In this document: one piece after another, positions 51,601 to 60,616 of the stretch | Numbering within the stretch: position 1 is the first letter of the stretch | How the letters are laid out: every line of letters starts with the position of its first letter | From: Camelus ferus | Lineage: Eukaryota | Direction of reading: 5' to 3' | NCBI RefSeq assembly: GCF_009834535.1 | Contig: NC_045719.1 | Span: 14,198,001-14,262,000 of the forward strand | Length of the DNA: 64,000 nt | Position numbers and translations under genes: made by a program | The notes under the pieces: model-generated | Database searches by the model: none | What the model saw: only the letters and a program-made list of their open reading frames with translations | What the model was told of the DNA's origin: nothing

Positions 51601-52325
51601 CCCAGGTGGCTCGCGGGGGTGGACCGCCCGGGTGAGCCGCCGAATGTCCTTTAGCCCAGGCAAAGCCTGGAAGCCGTTTCTCAACGGTAAGCACGCCAGG
51701 ATCCAGGGGCCCCGCTCCAGCCCCTCCACTTACCAACCTCCCCATCCCAGGTGACCCTGCGGTGGAGGCCGCACCTAGAACCGCATTTCACGTCTCAGGT
51801 TTTTGCTCACTCAGGATCCTCAAATACCTAAACGAATACTCTTCTTCCTTCTCCACCCAAACCCGTCCCAACCACCATCACCGGCCCCTGGAGCGAGGAA
51901 AGAGTGCAGACCCCCGCCCCGACCCACCCGCTACGGCGCCTGAGAGAGCGCAGCGAGGCGGGAGCGCGACCCGTAAAACAAACAATCGAACATCTCCCCA
52001 AATCCTCGGTCCCGAACCTCCCACCAGGACTCGTTTCCTACCCTAATCCACTCACCCACACACCCACCCACCCGCCGCCGGGGCGCGAATCTGGCTCGTC
52101 CCTGCCCCGCCGGACTGAGCTGAGCCGCAGATGTCACCTTTCGGTCCTTCATTTCGCCCCTACCGCTAGCCCCGCGGTACCAGAGCAGATCCATCCTCTG
52201 CCCCATCCCGGCTCCTGGTGACTGGCTGCGCCCCACCCCTCCCGGGCCCCACTCACCACGAGGGTCAGCAGCAGCTGCCTGCAGAGGGCTCCGCGCAGGG
52301 AGCTCCGGGGCCCGGCGGCGGCCAT
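18448..52325 (-). CDS. DSC3: Desmocollin-3 precursor, isoform a (spliced CDS, 16 coding exons, 2694 nt = 897 aa + stop); isoform b (840 aa) via cassette exon 18735-18777
   Basis: Hand-spliced exons of 69/85/200/120/156/145/167/135/186/260/143/225/225/122/258/198 nt, all GT-AG and in frame. The protein has [15 protein letters not shown] (signal peptide), RSKR|RWAPIPC (convertase site and Trp2), the YAS adhesion-recognition motif, cadherin repeats (DRE, DxNDN, AxDxD), a TM helix and the C-terminal [15 protein letters not shown]...[11 protein letters not shown], the b tail ESIRGHTG and the C-terminus identify DSC3 rather than DSC1 or DSC2. Confidence 0.98.
18735..18777 (-). CDS. DSC3: DSC3 b-isoform cassette exon (43 nt) ESIRGHTG-stop
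   Basis: tag|GAATCCATTAGAGGACACACTGGTTAAAAATTAAACATAAAAG|gtaaat; TAA at 18753-18751; matches the known 8-aa DSC3b tail. Confidence 0.95.
19030..19235 (+). mobile_element. MIR
   Basis: TTGAGCAAGTTACT...TCTCTGTTTCCTCATTTCTAAAACAGGA...TACCTCACAG...TCAATAAATG. Confidence 0.75.
19895..20060. mobile_element. hAT-Charlie MITE (MER5-like)
   Basis: GCTGCACATTTGAATGACCTGAGAGGCTTT...AATCAGAAT...AAAGCTCCCCAGG...CCAGGACTGAAAACC. Confidence 0.6.
20593..20850 (-). CDS. DSC3: DSC3 exon 15 (258 nt), cytoplasmic CSANGFMTQ...TLESCRG x2...FTQSRLGE
   Basis: Acceptor TTCAG, donor GTGAGT; internal TLESCRG repeat typical of desmocollins. Confidence 0.96.
20935..22380 (-). mobile_element. L2, about 1.4 kb decayed copy in intron 14
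   Basis: Starts ATTCATCCATTCATTCAACAGACATTTAT; contains GTCTGGAGCTCAGGTGAGAG and GAAGCCATGGGAAT motifs. Confidence 0.7.
23974..24095 (-). CDS. DSC3: DSC3 exon 14 (122 nt) [41 protein letters not shown]
   Basis: Acceptor CTCAG, donor GTGAGT; end of TM helix and juxtamembrane [15 protein letters not shown]. Confidence 0.96.
24825..24958. mobile_element. hAT-Charlie MITE (MER58A-like)
   Basis: ATGGCTGCTTTCTTGCTAGAAGGGCAGA...CATATGGCTTGCAAAG...AAAATAT...TGGCCCTTTATAGAAAAAG. Confidence 0.75.
24960..25395 (+). mobile_element. L2 3' end
   Basis: Ends ATCCCAAGCATCTAG...AGCAGGTGTTCAATAT...TTGTTGAGTTGATGAA. Confidence 0.55.
25425..25625 (-). mobile_element. MIR
   Basis: GATGAGGAAGCTGAAGC...ACTTGCCCCAGGTCACATGGC...ACCCAGGCAGTCTGG. 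Confidence 0.8.
26179..26403 (-). CDS. DSC3: DSC3 exon 13 (225 nt), EC5/anchor and first part of the TM helix ([15 protein letters not shown])
   Basis: Acceptor TTCAG, donor GTAAGT; reads [47 protein letters not shown]; missed by the ORF track. Confidence 0.96.
27185..27365 (-). mobile_element. L1 3' terminus fragment (artiodactyl L1-like)
   Basis: Poly-T then AATTGAACTATAGTTGATTTACAA...TTAGTTTCTGGTGTACAGCAAAG...TTCCTTGTGCTGTACAGTAAG. Confidence 0.8.
27880..28190 (-). mobile_element. L2 3' end
   Basis: AAACAAACATTTATTTAGCA...GGTGCTGGAAATACA...AGGCAGAAGGAACAGCATGTGCAAAAGCCCAG. Confidence 0.65.
28697..28921 (-). CDS. DSC3: DSC3 exon 12 (225 nt) [24 protein letters not shown]...WTLTRVN
   Basis: Acceptor CCTAG, donor GTATTT; DVNDNPP motif. 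Confidence 0.96.
29203..29380. mobile_element. hAT-Charlie MITE (MER5-like)
   Basis: ACCACCTGGGCAGATTTTTAAAA...CCCAGGCTCCCCAGCCAGGGATTCTGATTCACTTGGTCT...GGTTGAGAAAC. Confidence 0.65.
29775..29917 (-). CDS. DSC3: DSC3 exon 11 (143 nt) [47 protein letters not shown]
   Basis: Acceptor AACAG, donor GTAAAA; LDRE motif. Confidence 0.96.
30030..30289 (-). CDS. DSC3: DSC3 exon 10 (260 nt) [10 protein letters not shown]...[11 protein letters not shown]
   Basis: Acceptor poly-T then AAAG, donor GTAAAA; contained in ORF 30026-30415. Confidence 0.96.
31060..31180 (-). mobile_element. MIR fragment
   Basis: TATTATTATCACCATCCCCATTTTACAGA. Confidence 0.6.
32386..32550 (+). mobile_element. tRNA-derived SINE (Vic-1-like) with (CAAAC)n tail
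   Basis: A and B boxes; 11-bp TSD AAACAATTTAA at 32375-32385 and 32551-32561; internal 10-bp duplication at 32432-32451. Confidence 0.92.
32562..32690 (+). mobile_element. MIR fragment
   Basis: AGTGCTTAAGAGCAGATACTTGGAATCA...CAAATCCTGTCTCTACTA...CTCTGAGCCTAAGTTT. Confidence 0.7.
33630..34020 (+). mobile_element. L3/CR1 3' end
   Basis: TAAGGAATAGTTAAAAGAATTGGGAATATTTGTCCTAGAGAAG...CAGAGCTCTCCAGACATGGAATAGGCTGC...GGTTGGAC-like...TTCCAAACTGTAAAGTCTATGATCT. Confidence 0.65.
34088..34273 (-). CDS. DSC3: DSC3 exon 9 (186 nt) [62 protein letters not shown]
   Basis: Acceptor TTCAG, donor GTACAG; EC3 motifs. Confidence 0.96.
34645..34779 (-). CDS. DSC3: DSC3 exon 8 (135 nt) [45 protein letters not shown]
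   Basis: Acceptor TTCAG, donor GTAAGC; DSNDN motif; missed by the ORF track. Confidence 0.96.
35959..36125 (-). CDS. DSC3: DSC3 exon 7 (167 nt) [25 protein letters not shown]...YLDRE
   Basis: Acceptor TGTAG, donor GTAACT; ATDRD and LDRE motifs. Confidence 0.97.
37255..37405 (-). mobile_element. MIR (MIR3/MIRc-like) fragment
   Basis: GGTCATCTAA...CTCATTTTACAGG...GAACACAGAG...AGTAACAGAGCCTGAATCAGAAACTGGGTCTCC. Confidence 0.55.
37667..37796 (+). mobile_element. tRNA-derived SINE (Vic-1-like) with (CA)n tail
   Basis: A and B boxes; 11-bp TSD ATGCCAACTAA at 37656-37666 and 37797-37807. Confidence 0.92.
38379..38523 (-). CDS. DSC3: DSC3 exon 6 (145 nt) [48 protein letters not shown]
   Basis: Acceptor TACAG, donor GTAAGA; YAS adhesion motif and DENDN calcium site. 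Confidence 0.97.
39770..39925 (-). CDS. DSC3: DSC3 exon 5 (156 nt) [52 protein letters not shown]
   Basis: Acceptor TTTAG, donor GTAGGA; cadherin DRE motif. Confidence 0.96.
40310..40860 (-). mobile_element. L2 fragment (left part of a copy interrupted by LTRs)
   Basis: GGCAAAGGAACC.GGAAGTGCAAAGG...GTGTTCAAGGAGCAAGAAGG...GGAGCCATTGGAGAATTT. Confidence 0.65.
40870..41250 (+). mobile_element. MaLR LTR (MLT1-like), decayed
   Basis: Resembles recalled MLT1 hallmarks (GGCCAC..., AGCCATCTTGAACC...AGGATG...AGAAGCCTG.GTCCCTG, AGCC.CTGTAGTTT). Boundaries approximate. Confidence 0.55.
41390..41985 (+). mobile_element. ERVL-type LTR (LTR33/LTR16-like), decayed
   Basis: GAGATTTGGAAGC...AAGTGAGG, GCTGCT runs and TTCTTCAGCCTTCCCAACAATT resemble a recalled LTR33-class consensus. 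Confidence 0.45.
41990..42330 (-). mobile_element. L2 fragment (right part)
   Basis: CATTAACTGAGATGGGAGG...GTTAAGTCTGAAATGTCTG...CAAGTGGAAAT...AAGCTATGAGGCTGGGTGAGATC. Confidence 0.65.
42587..42706 (-). CDS. DSC3: DSC3 exon 4 (120 nt) [40 protein letters not shown], convertase site and start of EC1
   Basis: Acceptor TTCAG, donor GTAGGT; R-S-K-R then R-W-A-P mature N-terminus (R136). Confidence 0.97.
43146..43365. mobile_element. hAT-Charlie MITE (MER3-like) with an internal 17-bp tandem duplication
   Basis: GCACTGTCCAATGTGGTAGCTACAAGCC...TCAGTTGCACTAGCCACAT...AGAACATTTCCATCACCGCAGAAAGTTCT. Confidence 0.8.
44164..44363 (-). CDS. DSC3: DSC3 exon 3 (200 nt), prodomain [11 protein letters not shown]...LLERQKK
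   Basis: Acceptor TGCAG, donor GTATAC; contained in ORF 44146-44424. Confidence 0.96.
45901..45985 (-). CDS. DSC3: DSC3 exon 2 (85 nt) [28 protein letters not shown]
   Basis: Acceptor CCTAG, donor GTGAGA; phase 0 to 1; missed by the ORF track. Confidence 0.95.
46020..48290. mobile_element. Patchwork of old L1 fragments (ORF2 and 3' UTR pieces, both orientations) in intron 1
   Basis: Sense pieces at about 46020-46460 and 46840-47770; antisense pieces at about 46470-46830 and 47990-48290. Confidence 0.7.
52257..52325 (-). CDS. DSC3: DSC3 exon 1 coding part (69 nt), signal peptide [23 protein letters not shown]
   Basis: ATG at 52325-52323; donor GTGAGT at 52256-52251; lies in the CpG island. 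Confidence 0.96.
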
Positions 52326-52516
52326 CGGGGCGCTGGGCGGGGAGAAGGATGCGGGCGCCAGGCGGGATGCGAGAGGCCAGCGCCCGCCGAGGTGCAGCGG
52401 CGTCCGGGTGCGCTTCTCTCCGCTGCTCGTCTCTAAGTGGCCCGGGCTTCTTCCAGGCTTGCCTGCCCGGGAGCGTGTTCGCTCCTGAGACGGGATTGGA
52501 CTCCGAAGAGGCTGAG

Positions 52517-52548
52517 CCGCCCCTCCTAGTTATTTCTCAAGTTTTATC
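52517..52548 (-). promoter_or_regulatory. Candidate core promoter elements: GC box GGGGCGG (52517-52523) and TATA-like GATAAAA (52542-52548)
   Basis: Motifs about 190-220 nt upstream of the ATG; the only AT-rich patch in the proximal island. Function is inferred. Confidence 0.35.
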
Positions 52549-53231
52549 ACCGCGGGAGCCGCTGGGGAGCTGCCCGAGCCTGCCCCTCGGCTCCGCGGCG
52601 GCCGCGCCGGGTGCTCGATCGCGGGAAAGCGATCCAAGCACCCCACTTCTGCCTGCTCTCCCACGCCCCTCGGCTGCCCCGCCTTCACCAGCGCGGCCCT
52701 AGTCCCGGGGCGTCCTCCTCGCAGACGCTGCTCGTTCCCACTGCAGAACCCAAAACCGCCGGCAGGGATCCCTGCCCCAACACGGGCGCTCCTAGGTGCC
52801 AGGAACACCCTTGTCATTGGACCAGCGGATCCTCCCTCCTGATCAAACGCTGGGCAAAGCCTCCTGGTTAATGCAAAATATATGTCTTCTTTCCAAATCT
52901 GACTCACACGATAAGAAAAAGGATGGAGGAGAAATTATCCCAAGTGGCATGAATAAGCTGACACTTAGTGTACCAGAAATTAAAAGCAAATAAAGGAAAT
53001 TCTGATAGTTCACCATTTTCGCGCACCCAAAATCTGAGGTATTACACTCAGAGCTTTCATTTCTTGCCGATTTTGTGGCCTTATTTGAACCTCCTAAGAA
53101 AGGATTTATTCTTATACGTAAATTATTGATTTTAGTAATTACGTAGGAATTGTACTAAGATGCAATTTTTCAGTTTGTGGTAAAGGAAAAATCTACCATA
53201 CAGAACCTTCGACTCTAAAATGAGGCGTCTA

Positions 53232-53350
53232 AATTCACTATCATTCAACAAACGTTTATCAGGGCCCAGAGGCGTGCAGGCACTGGGGTTGGAAGAAAGG
53301 AAACACAAAAACCCAGTCCCTGCTCAAAGCAATTCAAAGTCTAGGGTGGA
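53232..53350 (-). mobile_element. L2 3' terminus
   Basis: ATTCACTATCATTCAACAAACGTTTAT...GGCACTGGGG...CAGTCCCTGCTC. Confidence 0.6.
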
Positions 53351-53879
53351 ATAAAGGCAACCACCACAGCCCCATCTGCTGAACTTTTTAATAGAGAGGT
53401 AACTTACAACACTAGGGCCCATTCCTTTATTTCTCTCTAGACTGAGTTTTCGTCCTCCAAACCTCCACCCACTGGAGTCAGGATGGACTACTCCCTAGAT
53501 ATGAACTGCTGCTCCTCAAAGTCTATGCACAAGTTCCATGGTCCAGACACTCAAGTCTAGATTAATCAGAGAGGGCACTGTGGCCTTCATTCTTCCCACC
53601 CTGGTCACCCAAATATGTTCCTTGTCTAAGCCATGTGTTTACCTAAAGTCAGGGACTTCCCTGAACTCACAGGACTAAGCTCTCAGGACTCGGACACTGA
53701 GCTCAGCTTCCCAGTCCCATGTCTGAGGCTTCCAAGGCTCCCATGCACCCATCAGAGCTCCTGTCTCACCTCTGGAGGCCTCTGTATGGAAGAATTCTTC
53801 CAACCCCAATGACCTCAAGAAGGAGCCTCTCAAAAGTGTTTTCTGGCCCCAATCAGCCTTTAGAAAGAAGCTGAAGATA

Positions 53880-53950
53880 GCTCTCATCAGAAGGCAAAAC
53901 CAGCTAACACCTTGACTTTGGACCCTCAGCCTCCAGAATTAAATAATACT
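53880..53950 (+). mobile_element. MaLR LTR fragment
   Basis: CACCTTGACTTTGGACCCTCAGCCTCCAGAATT, the typical MaLR CAGCCTCCAGAA motif. Confidence 0.55.
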
Positions 53951-56900
53951 TGAGATAAGAACCAACAGAGAACAGGGGAAGGGTAGGAAGATGTTTCGGG
54001 CAAAGGCAGCCATAGCACGGCAGAGCCCTGGAGAGCATTGTGAGGGCGTCCCACAGCAAAGAAACAGAAAGGAGTTTCTTCAGAACCACTGGATGGAAGA
54101 AGTTCTGTGGCTGAGAATAGGTTAGGAAGTCAATCTCATGACAAACCAGGCTGAGGAGTTAAATGTCATCCCGAAAGAGATGGAGAACCAGCCACTCAGT
54201 CTGTAAAATTCTCATGTTTGATAAGTTAATGAACTCATTAACTTTATTAATGAACCTGTTTATGCCATGGTATAGCTTTTCCTTAATATTTAGGGAATAA
54301 AAGACTTGAAATGTTTTCCTTCATTGTAAGTAGCCCTAGTTTTCAATGATTTCGATTTTGTCCACTAGAGTCTGACCTGATTGCCCCCATGTGACAAAAA
54401 CCATAAGATGGATAGCTCTCCTCTTAACTCAGCTTTGCCATTTAATTAAGGAGATTGTTCAGTCTCCTCACTATATTGACAGTTACTCTGAGTTTCCATG
54501 TTTAATTTCTACAAAATAAAAGTTATAGGAATCTATTCCAGAAATCCTGTAAGAAAGCATATTGGTAATATTTTTCATTTGTATTGCAAAATTCTAGGTG
54601 CAATATGAATACTGAACAAAACTATATGGAGTGTTAGTAACTATCTTGGAATTTCCTGTTTTGCTAAGGCATGCATTTGTCCATCATGAGTATGTTGGCT
54701 AAGTCCTAATAAAAAGGATTCTAATATAAATTTTATAATTTAGAAAAGAAATCTTCATAGGCAGTTATAACATAAATAGGACTTGAAGATAAATTAAAAT
54801 TGCTTTTATTTTTCCTATGTAAATTATGTTTTAAATGAAATTACTGAAAATTTATTTAAAATATGAGCTTCAGTTTGAATATAGTTAGAACTGGATGCCT
54901 TCTATAATGAAGTTAATTTTAAATCCTTACAAGGCATCATAAAGCATAAAGAGTTATTCTGAAATATCTTTAATACCCTTTACCCCAAACTGCAAAATCA
55001 GTTGGAAGTCACCACTAAAAGAATAATGGACAAAAATGGGAAAGAAACATTATTTTCCCTTGTGATTTTCTTACTTTGAAGGGTCAGGGCAGCAACAATA
55101 GAAGATCAAAAATGGGAAGTGATGAAGCTTAAGGATAAAACTTCAGGGATCCAGGTGGACTGTAAATTTTTCAGTAGAAAGCGAGTTTACGATCCTTGGG
55201 AAGAGTCCTCTGTAGCACCTCCATAGCCACAGAAAGGGTAAGGTCCTAGGAGGTGGGAGCTGACCCCTGACCCACTGAGAAGGCTCCCTTGCACAACTCT
55301 GTGGCCACAGGTACTGGTCTCACACACCTCCTCATCCCAGTGGTTTATATGCGCGGTGACACAGCAAATGTGGGTCTCCTCCCTCATGCCTATAAGATGC
55401 AACCCGAGCAACCGTCTGATCTTTGGAACAAATTTGCTAGTAAGGGGGAAGAGAAATTTATGAAAAGCCTAAATTAAAACCAAGTAAAAGTTTCATGTTA
55501 AATAATCCTGCTTGTGACACAAGATGAGTTCTGCCCCTGAGATGGTTGCTCAGAAGCATTTTTAGAAAATTATCTAGGGTACACAGTCGCAGTAATAAAC
55601 AGTAACCCAGCAAACTGCCTGCTGGAGCAACAGCGAGGGAGCACGGATATGTGCTCAAAAGCCAGGAGCCCTCCCAGACTTAATTCTTAGAAATGAGCTC
55701 CCATTCATGTCTCCACTTGCCCTTTTAGAGAAGCTTCGTCTCGCGCTTGGGAACTGGGCGGTCGGATTTTCTCATACTCACTGCCGCTTCCCCATTTCTC
55801 GCCATGACTCACCGCCGCAGCTATGGTCAGGCTGGTCTCTAGGAGAGGATGCTGCTTTTCCTGCACGCCTTTCCCAAAGTGTGGCTGGAAGTCCTCTGCT
55901 AATTTCCCACAGTGCCATTGAGAATATCTTTGACTTTTTGGTTATTTAAAAAGACTGCTGGAGACAGCTGGAGTCAAGAGCCTCCTGTAATATTGCTTTG
56001 CTGCTCAGGACAAGAGCCACCCCAGAATCTCTGTCTGTCTCCCTCATCTTCTGTCTTCCCAGGACAAGCTGCCCCTCCCACCTCTCCTTCCACTGCCGTG
56101 GAAATGCTCCAGGGAGTGAAGAACCTCAAGTCTAGACCAAAAAGAGCCCCGGCCCCCCTGGGGACAGAAGTTTATCCTTCCTCCTTTTCCATGCTGTGTC
56201 CTTAATCCCTAGGATTAACTTCTACCCAGAGTGATTGCCAGTAGGACTGTCCACTCCATTCAGCAGGAAACTCACTCCCACCCACAGAGGTGTGGCCTTT
56301 CACTATAACCTTGGGAACAAACCTACAAAATTCAAATATTTGTACATTTCTCAAATCCAGAACTATCCAGTTTAAGTTCCACCACAACACCAGTCCAATC
56401 CAGATAGGGTGTGCCAGGCTCAGAAAGGTTCCCTTTCCGTCTCACCTTAATAATAAATGATTCGAGAACTGTTACAATGGTTTTACTCTTCCTCTACTGA
56501 AATCTTTAGACGCCCTGACAAATATCTTCTCTTCTGCAAACACGCCTTTCAAGGGAGACAGGAGTGGTTTCTTAGTGACTTCTCACCAGGCTGGAAGGCA
56601 TGGTGATTTCCACACAGACAACAGAGCTCCATTGTGTGAGTGACAGCTTCTTACAGTACCTGGGCAAACCCAGTGCAACAAAGCACTGCTACAAGGTGAA
56701 TTTAGTCCCTCTCCTCTTGGAATCATCCCATAATCCTTCATTTCACTTTAGTGTGAAAATCTCCTTCCAGTGGGTGAGGCTGGAGTTTCTCCCATCTGTT
56801 CTCATATCCCCGGGAGCTCATTTGGGCACCTGTTGTTCAAAGGGCATTGCTCAAGCACGACGGCTGCAGGTGTGAGTGGGCTGACTTCCAGATCCCATGT

Positions 56901-57684
56901 GTCACTCATCTGATTCACTGCCCCATTAGCCTTCTTTTTTCCCAGAAGTTTAGGAGGACCATCCCTCAGCATCAGCTTGGGCGAGTGACATATCCCCAGC
57001 TCAGATGCCTGTCAGCTAGTTAAGGGGCAGAGAAACAGCTTTTCCCATCAGTTCCCTATGGCAGTAAATTATTTAATTCAGCAATTATTATTTACTGTTG
57101 ATTTTATTGATTGTTGATGATCTAGTCCTTGATTTTATTTACTCAAGATTTATTAATCTTGGCTTGTTGTTTTCTTTTCTGCCCTCCCAGCTTCCCAAGC
57201 CCTTCTCTCACTAGATGAGGACTAGCTTTCCGTCAGTCAGCTACTTAGTATTCACGGAACAGGCCAACGCCACAAAAGTTGGGTCTGTTCTGGCGTTGCT
57301 TTCAAGCATCACACTTGTGTTTGTCTTTCAGTGTTGCAATGAGCTGCGCACTCTCCTAGTTGGGAACTTCTGGTCTTAACTTGCACACGTCTATGTAAAG
57401 TCATACCAGATGCATATTCCTCTAAACAACTCTAATGCAAGGGTCTTGCCCAAATATTAAAAAAACAAAACAAAACAAAAGAAAAAACTAGGAATATTCC
57501 TAGTAGGCATATAAGCATGTACCAGAAAGTCTATTTTGTTATCCCTTTCTCGTAAGATTGCAGTGTTCTTGACGTGTGCAATAAAATTTAGCTGTTTCTC
57601 CCAGATTCCAAGTTCTGTTCGGATGGTGGTCAGAGAAAGTCTTAATCTTAACTATAATACTTCACTTTTAAAATGAGAATCTCT

Positions 57685-58295
57685 AATTGGTGATGTTGAG
57701 CAAATTTTCATGGTCCTGTTGGCCATCTACATTTCCTCTTCTGCAAAAATATCTGTTCAGTTCTTCTGCCCATATTTTAAATTTGTTTGTTCATTTGTTT
57801 GCTTTTTAATTAAGGTACAGTTGATTTAAAATGTTGTATCAGTTCCCAGTGTACAGCGTGGGTGGGCGTGGAGGGCATTACGCTAAGTGAAATGAGTCAG
57901 ACAGAGAAAGACAAACACTGTAAGATACCACTTACATGTGGAATCTGAAAAAATACAACAAACCAGTGAATATAACAGAAAAGAAACAGACTCACAGATG
58001 TAGAGAAGGAACCAGTGGTTACTAGGGGGAGAGGGAAGGGGGAGGGGCAGGATAGAGGGGGAGGGGTAAGAGGCTATCCAAACTATTAGGTATAAAATAA
58101 GCTACAAGGCTGTATGTACACCATGGGGAGCACAGCCAATATTTTACATAGCTATAAACAGCAGTATAACCTTCAGAAACTGTGAATCACTGTGTTGTAT
58201 GCCTGTAACATATAATATTGTACATCAAAGATCCTTCAATTTAAAAAATATGATATTGTAAAATAAATAAATAAATAAAGTTTAAAAAAATAAAA
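57685..58295 (+). mobile_element. 5'-inverted composite L1 insertion
   Basis: 16-bp TSD TAAAATGAGAATCTCT at 57669-57684 and 58296-58311; sense 3' UTR with A-rich tail; antisense pieces at the 5' end. Confidence 0.88.
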
Positions 58296-59454
58296 TAAAA
58301 TGAGAATCTCTGACCAAAATCTCCCTGTTTAACCCCCAAAGTAATAAATAGGCTTTTTGTAAGTCTCAGAATAGATGATTCCAAACTCACAGAGGCATCC
58401 ATAAGAACGTCTTCATTTCCTACTCAAGACAGCATTAAGTAGAGATCACATATTATTTGGAGCAGTTCCTCAACCATCTAGTGATGAATTATGTGATCTC
58501 AACTGCTGCACTGTTTCAAAGGTCCAAGCGAAGACTGAAGACCACTGCCTCTCCCCACTCTTATTCTAGGATGGGTGAACAGAACGAGGTTGGGAGTGGA
58601 CAGGCATGGTGGATGGGACTGACATCTTTTCTCCCATGGTGACCTGCCTTTCTGTAACATTCCCAAGATAACTGACACCAGTGCCGCTCAGTGAGTAACT
58701 TTGGTTTGGCACACTGGGAATAAGGCATTCTCTCTCCAGTTCGATATCAGGAAGTAAGAAGCACACACGTGTTCCTATGACATAATGTAACATAAACAGC
58801 ATCGTGTTTCCTGCCACATTCACTTATAACACACAACGTGTTCCCTGAGAATAGGTGGTCTGAGCCTTACTGCGCCAGGTTCTCCCAGCGAGAGTTTTCC
58901 AAACTCATCTATTTGAAGAAGGCAGAACTGCAGGACTGTATTACGGCAATTGGCCAGGAACATGCCAAGTTTTTCTTTTCCAAATTTGTCCAAGGCCCTC
59001 TAACTTATTCTGCCCCTTAATCCTTTCTTGTAATTTTGAACAAGTCGGGGGCAATGTTCTTTAGTTCACAAGGTATCTTTGTTCTTGATTATTGTGGAGG
59101 CAAAATGAAAGAGACTGTTTGGGCAACAGCATAATATTAGAAAAAATAACAAGGATCCAAGTCAGCACAACCTGGGTGCGCTAATCCCATCTGTGTATAG
59201 ATTTTAACTGAAGTTTCAAATTGCCCATTCACTTGTTTGCCATAACTGCCCTGGGGTAGGTAGTTTTTAAATTTCTGGCCTCTCCATCATATAAAAATGC
59301 ACAATTATGCATAAAATTCTTGTATATTACTAGTTACGAAAATGTAAAATTTAAGACTTTCTAGGTTGTGTCTACACACAGACAGAGAGATGCCAAAGCG
59401 AGTGTTTGAGGGACAACTTGAGGTCAACAAGTTTTACTCATATGAAAGACGCAA

Positions 59455-59695
59455 ATTGCATAGTGGTTACGGTGTAGATCCTGAAGTCAGATTGCCTAGT
59501 TCAAATACTGATTCGGTCACAGCCTAGTACTGCTACCCTGAGCTAGTCATTCAACATTTCTGTGCCTCAGTTCCCTCATCCATAAAATGGGAATAATAAT
59601 AGTTCTTCATTTGAAAGAGAATAAAAAGAATGAACATATGTAAAGTTTTTACAACATGGCACTTGGTAACTACTAGATACATATTAACTGTCATT
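59455..59695 (+). mobile_element. MIR, near full length
   Basis: TAGTGGTTA...AGTCAGATTGCCTAGTTCAAAT...CTGTGCCTCAGTTCCCTCATCCATAAAATGGGAATAATAATAG. Confidence 0.85.
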
Positions 59696-60616
59696 TCTAT
59701 TAAGCATTTCTGTTTATTATTGGAAATGATCCAGGTAAGAGCAGATTACTGATGGTGTGGGAGAGGTTGAATTTTATGAACTAATTTCTTGAGGAAGCTA
59801 AAGGTCACAGAAACCAGTGTATTAATGGAGAGGTTGTCTTAAATGGGAAGCAGAGAAAATTCATCCACTATAAAGGTTGGAGGTCAAAGTATACAGTGTA
59901 GTTATTGGTAACCTGGTAGACTAGATGAGGGCGTTCTCCTCTGCTTCTACTTTGTCACTGAAATCAGATGCAAAGTTATCTGCTAAGTGAAGAAGGTGGA
60001 TTAGAGATTTAAATAAAGAGTAGTTATAAAATGGAAAATTGAGCAGATCGGTTTTTGAATTGTTGACTCTAATCCGCAATAAGAAATATTTTTAATGTGA
60101 ACTGGTACACAGTTTATACATATAATCCGGAACATAAATCTCACCAACAGTACTTATTATTCCTATGTGCAACACACACTGACCATTTCTGTTCACTGCC
60201 TTCTAATTCATTAATAATACAGATGGCCATCCTTCAAGTTAACTGGCTGTGTTTCAACCAATTGACTGTGTCTCACAGTTTGAAAAACCCCGAACTTTGG
60301 TAGCAGGGCAGAAATGTGGATCAGCACTGAGAGTCAGCCTGGTTTAATGTTTTTTCTTGAGCCAAGTTCCAGGGTTCAAGTAAAATGTATGAAATTGTTG
60401 GTAAATGGGGTTTATCCAGTGATGGTGTTTTGCTGAGTAATTACAAAGAGAAGGGAAGGGAAGTTTAGGGTTATGATGGAATAGATTAAAGCAGTGACTA
60501 AATAGACTGCAGCTGAAAAAGGAAGGAAATGATGAGATCAATGAAACTATGAAACACTGGTAGAGTTTTGTAAGAGACTGACCAAAAACCTTATTGGAAG
60601 CTTTCCTAAAGGGACT

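Larger units (their letters stand above)
51050..52850. promoter_or_regulatory. CpG island covering the DSC3 promoter, 5' UTR, exon 1 and about 1.2 kb of intron 1
   Basis: Sharp rise in GC and CpG density relative to the AT-rich flanks; boundaries judged by eye. Confidence 0.88.

Noticed and set aside
51077-51754. 225-aa plus-strand ORF and the other overlapping ORFs across the CpG island (51018-52993)
   Set aside because: Stop codons are scarce in GC-rich DNA. The translations are Pro/Arg/Gly/Ser-rich with no recognisable domain, and ORFs occur in many frames at once.
18448-52325. Assignment of the gene as DSC2 or DSC1
   Set aside because: The YAS motif (not FAT or YAT), the 43-nt b exon ending GHTG and the N- and C-terminal sequences all match DSC3.
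52900-52906. AP-1 site TGACTCA upstream of the promoter (others at 1443, 12385, 23369 and 55805)
   Set aside because: About 8 TGASTCA hits are expected by chance in 64 kb and a similar number is seen, so there is no enrichment.
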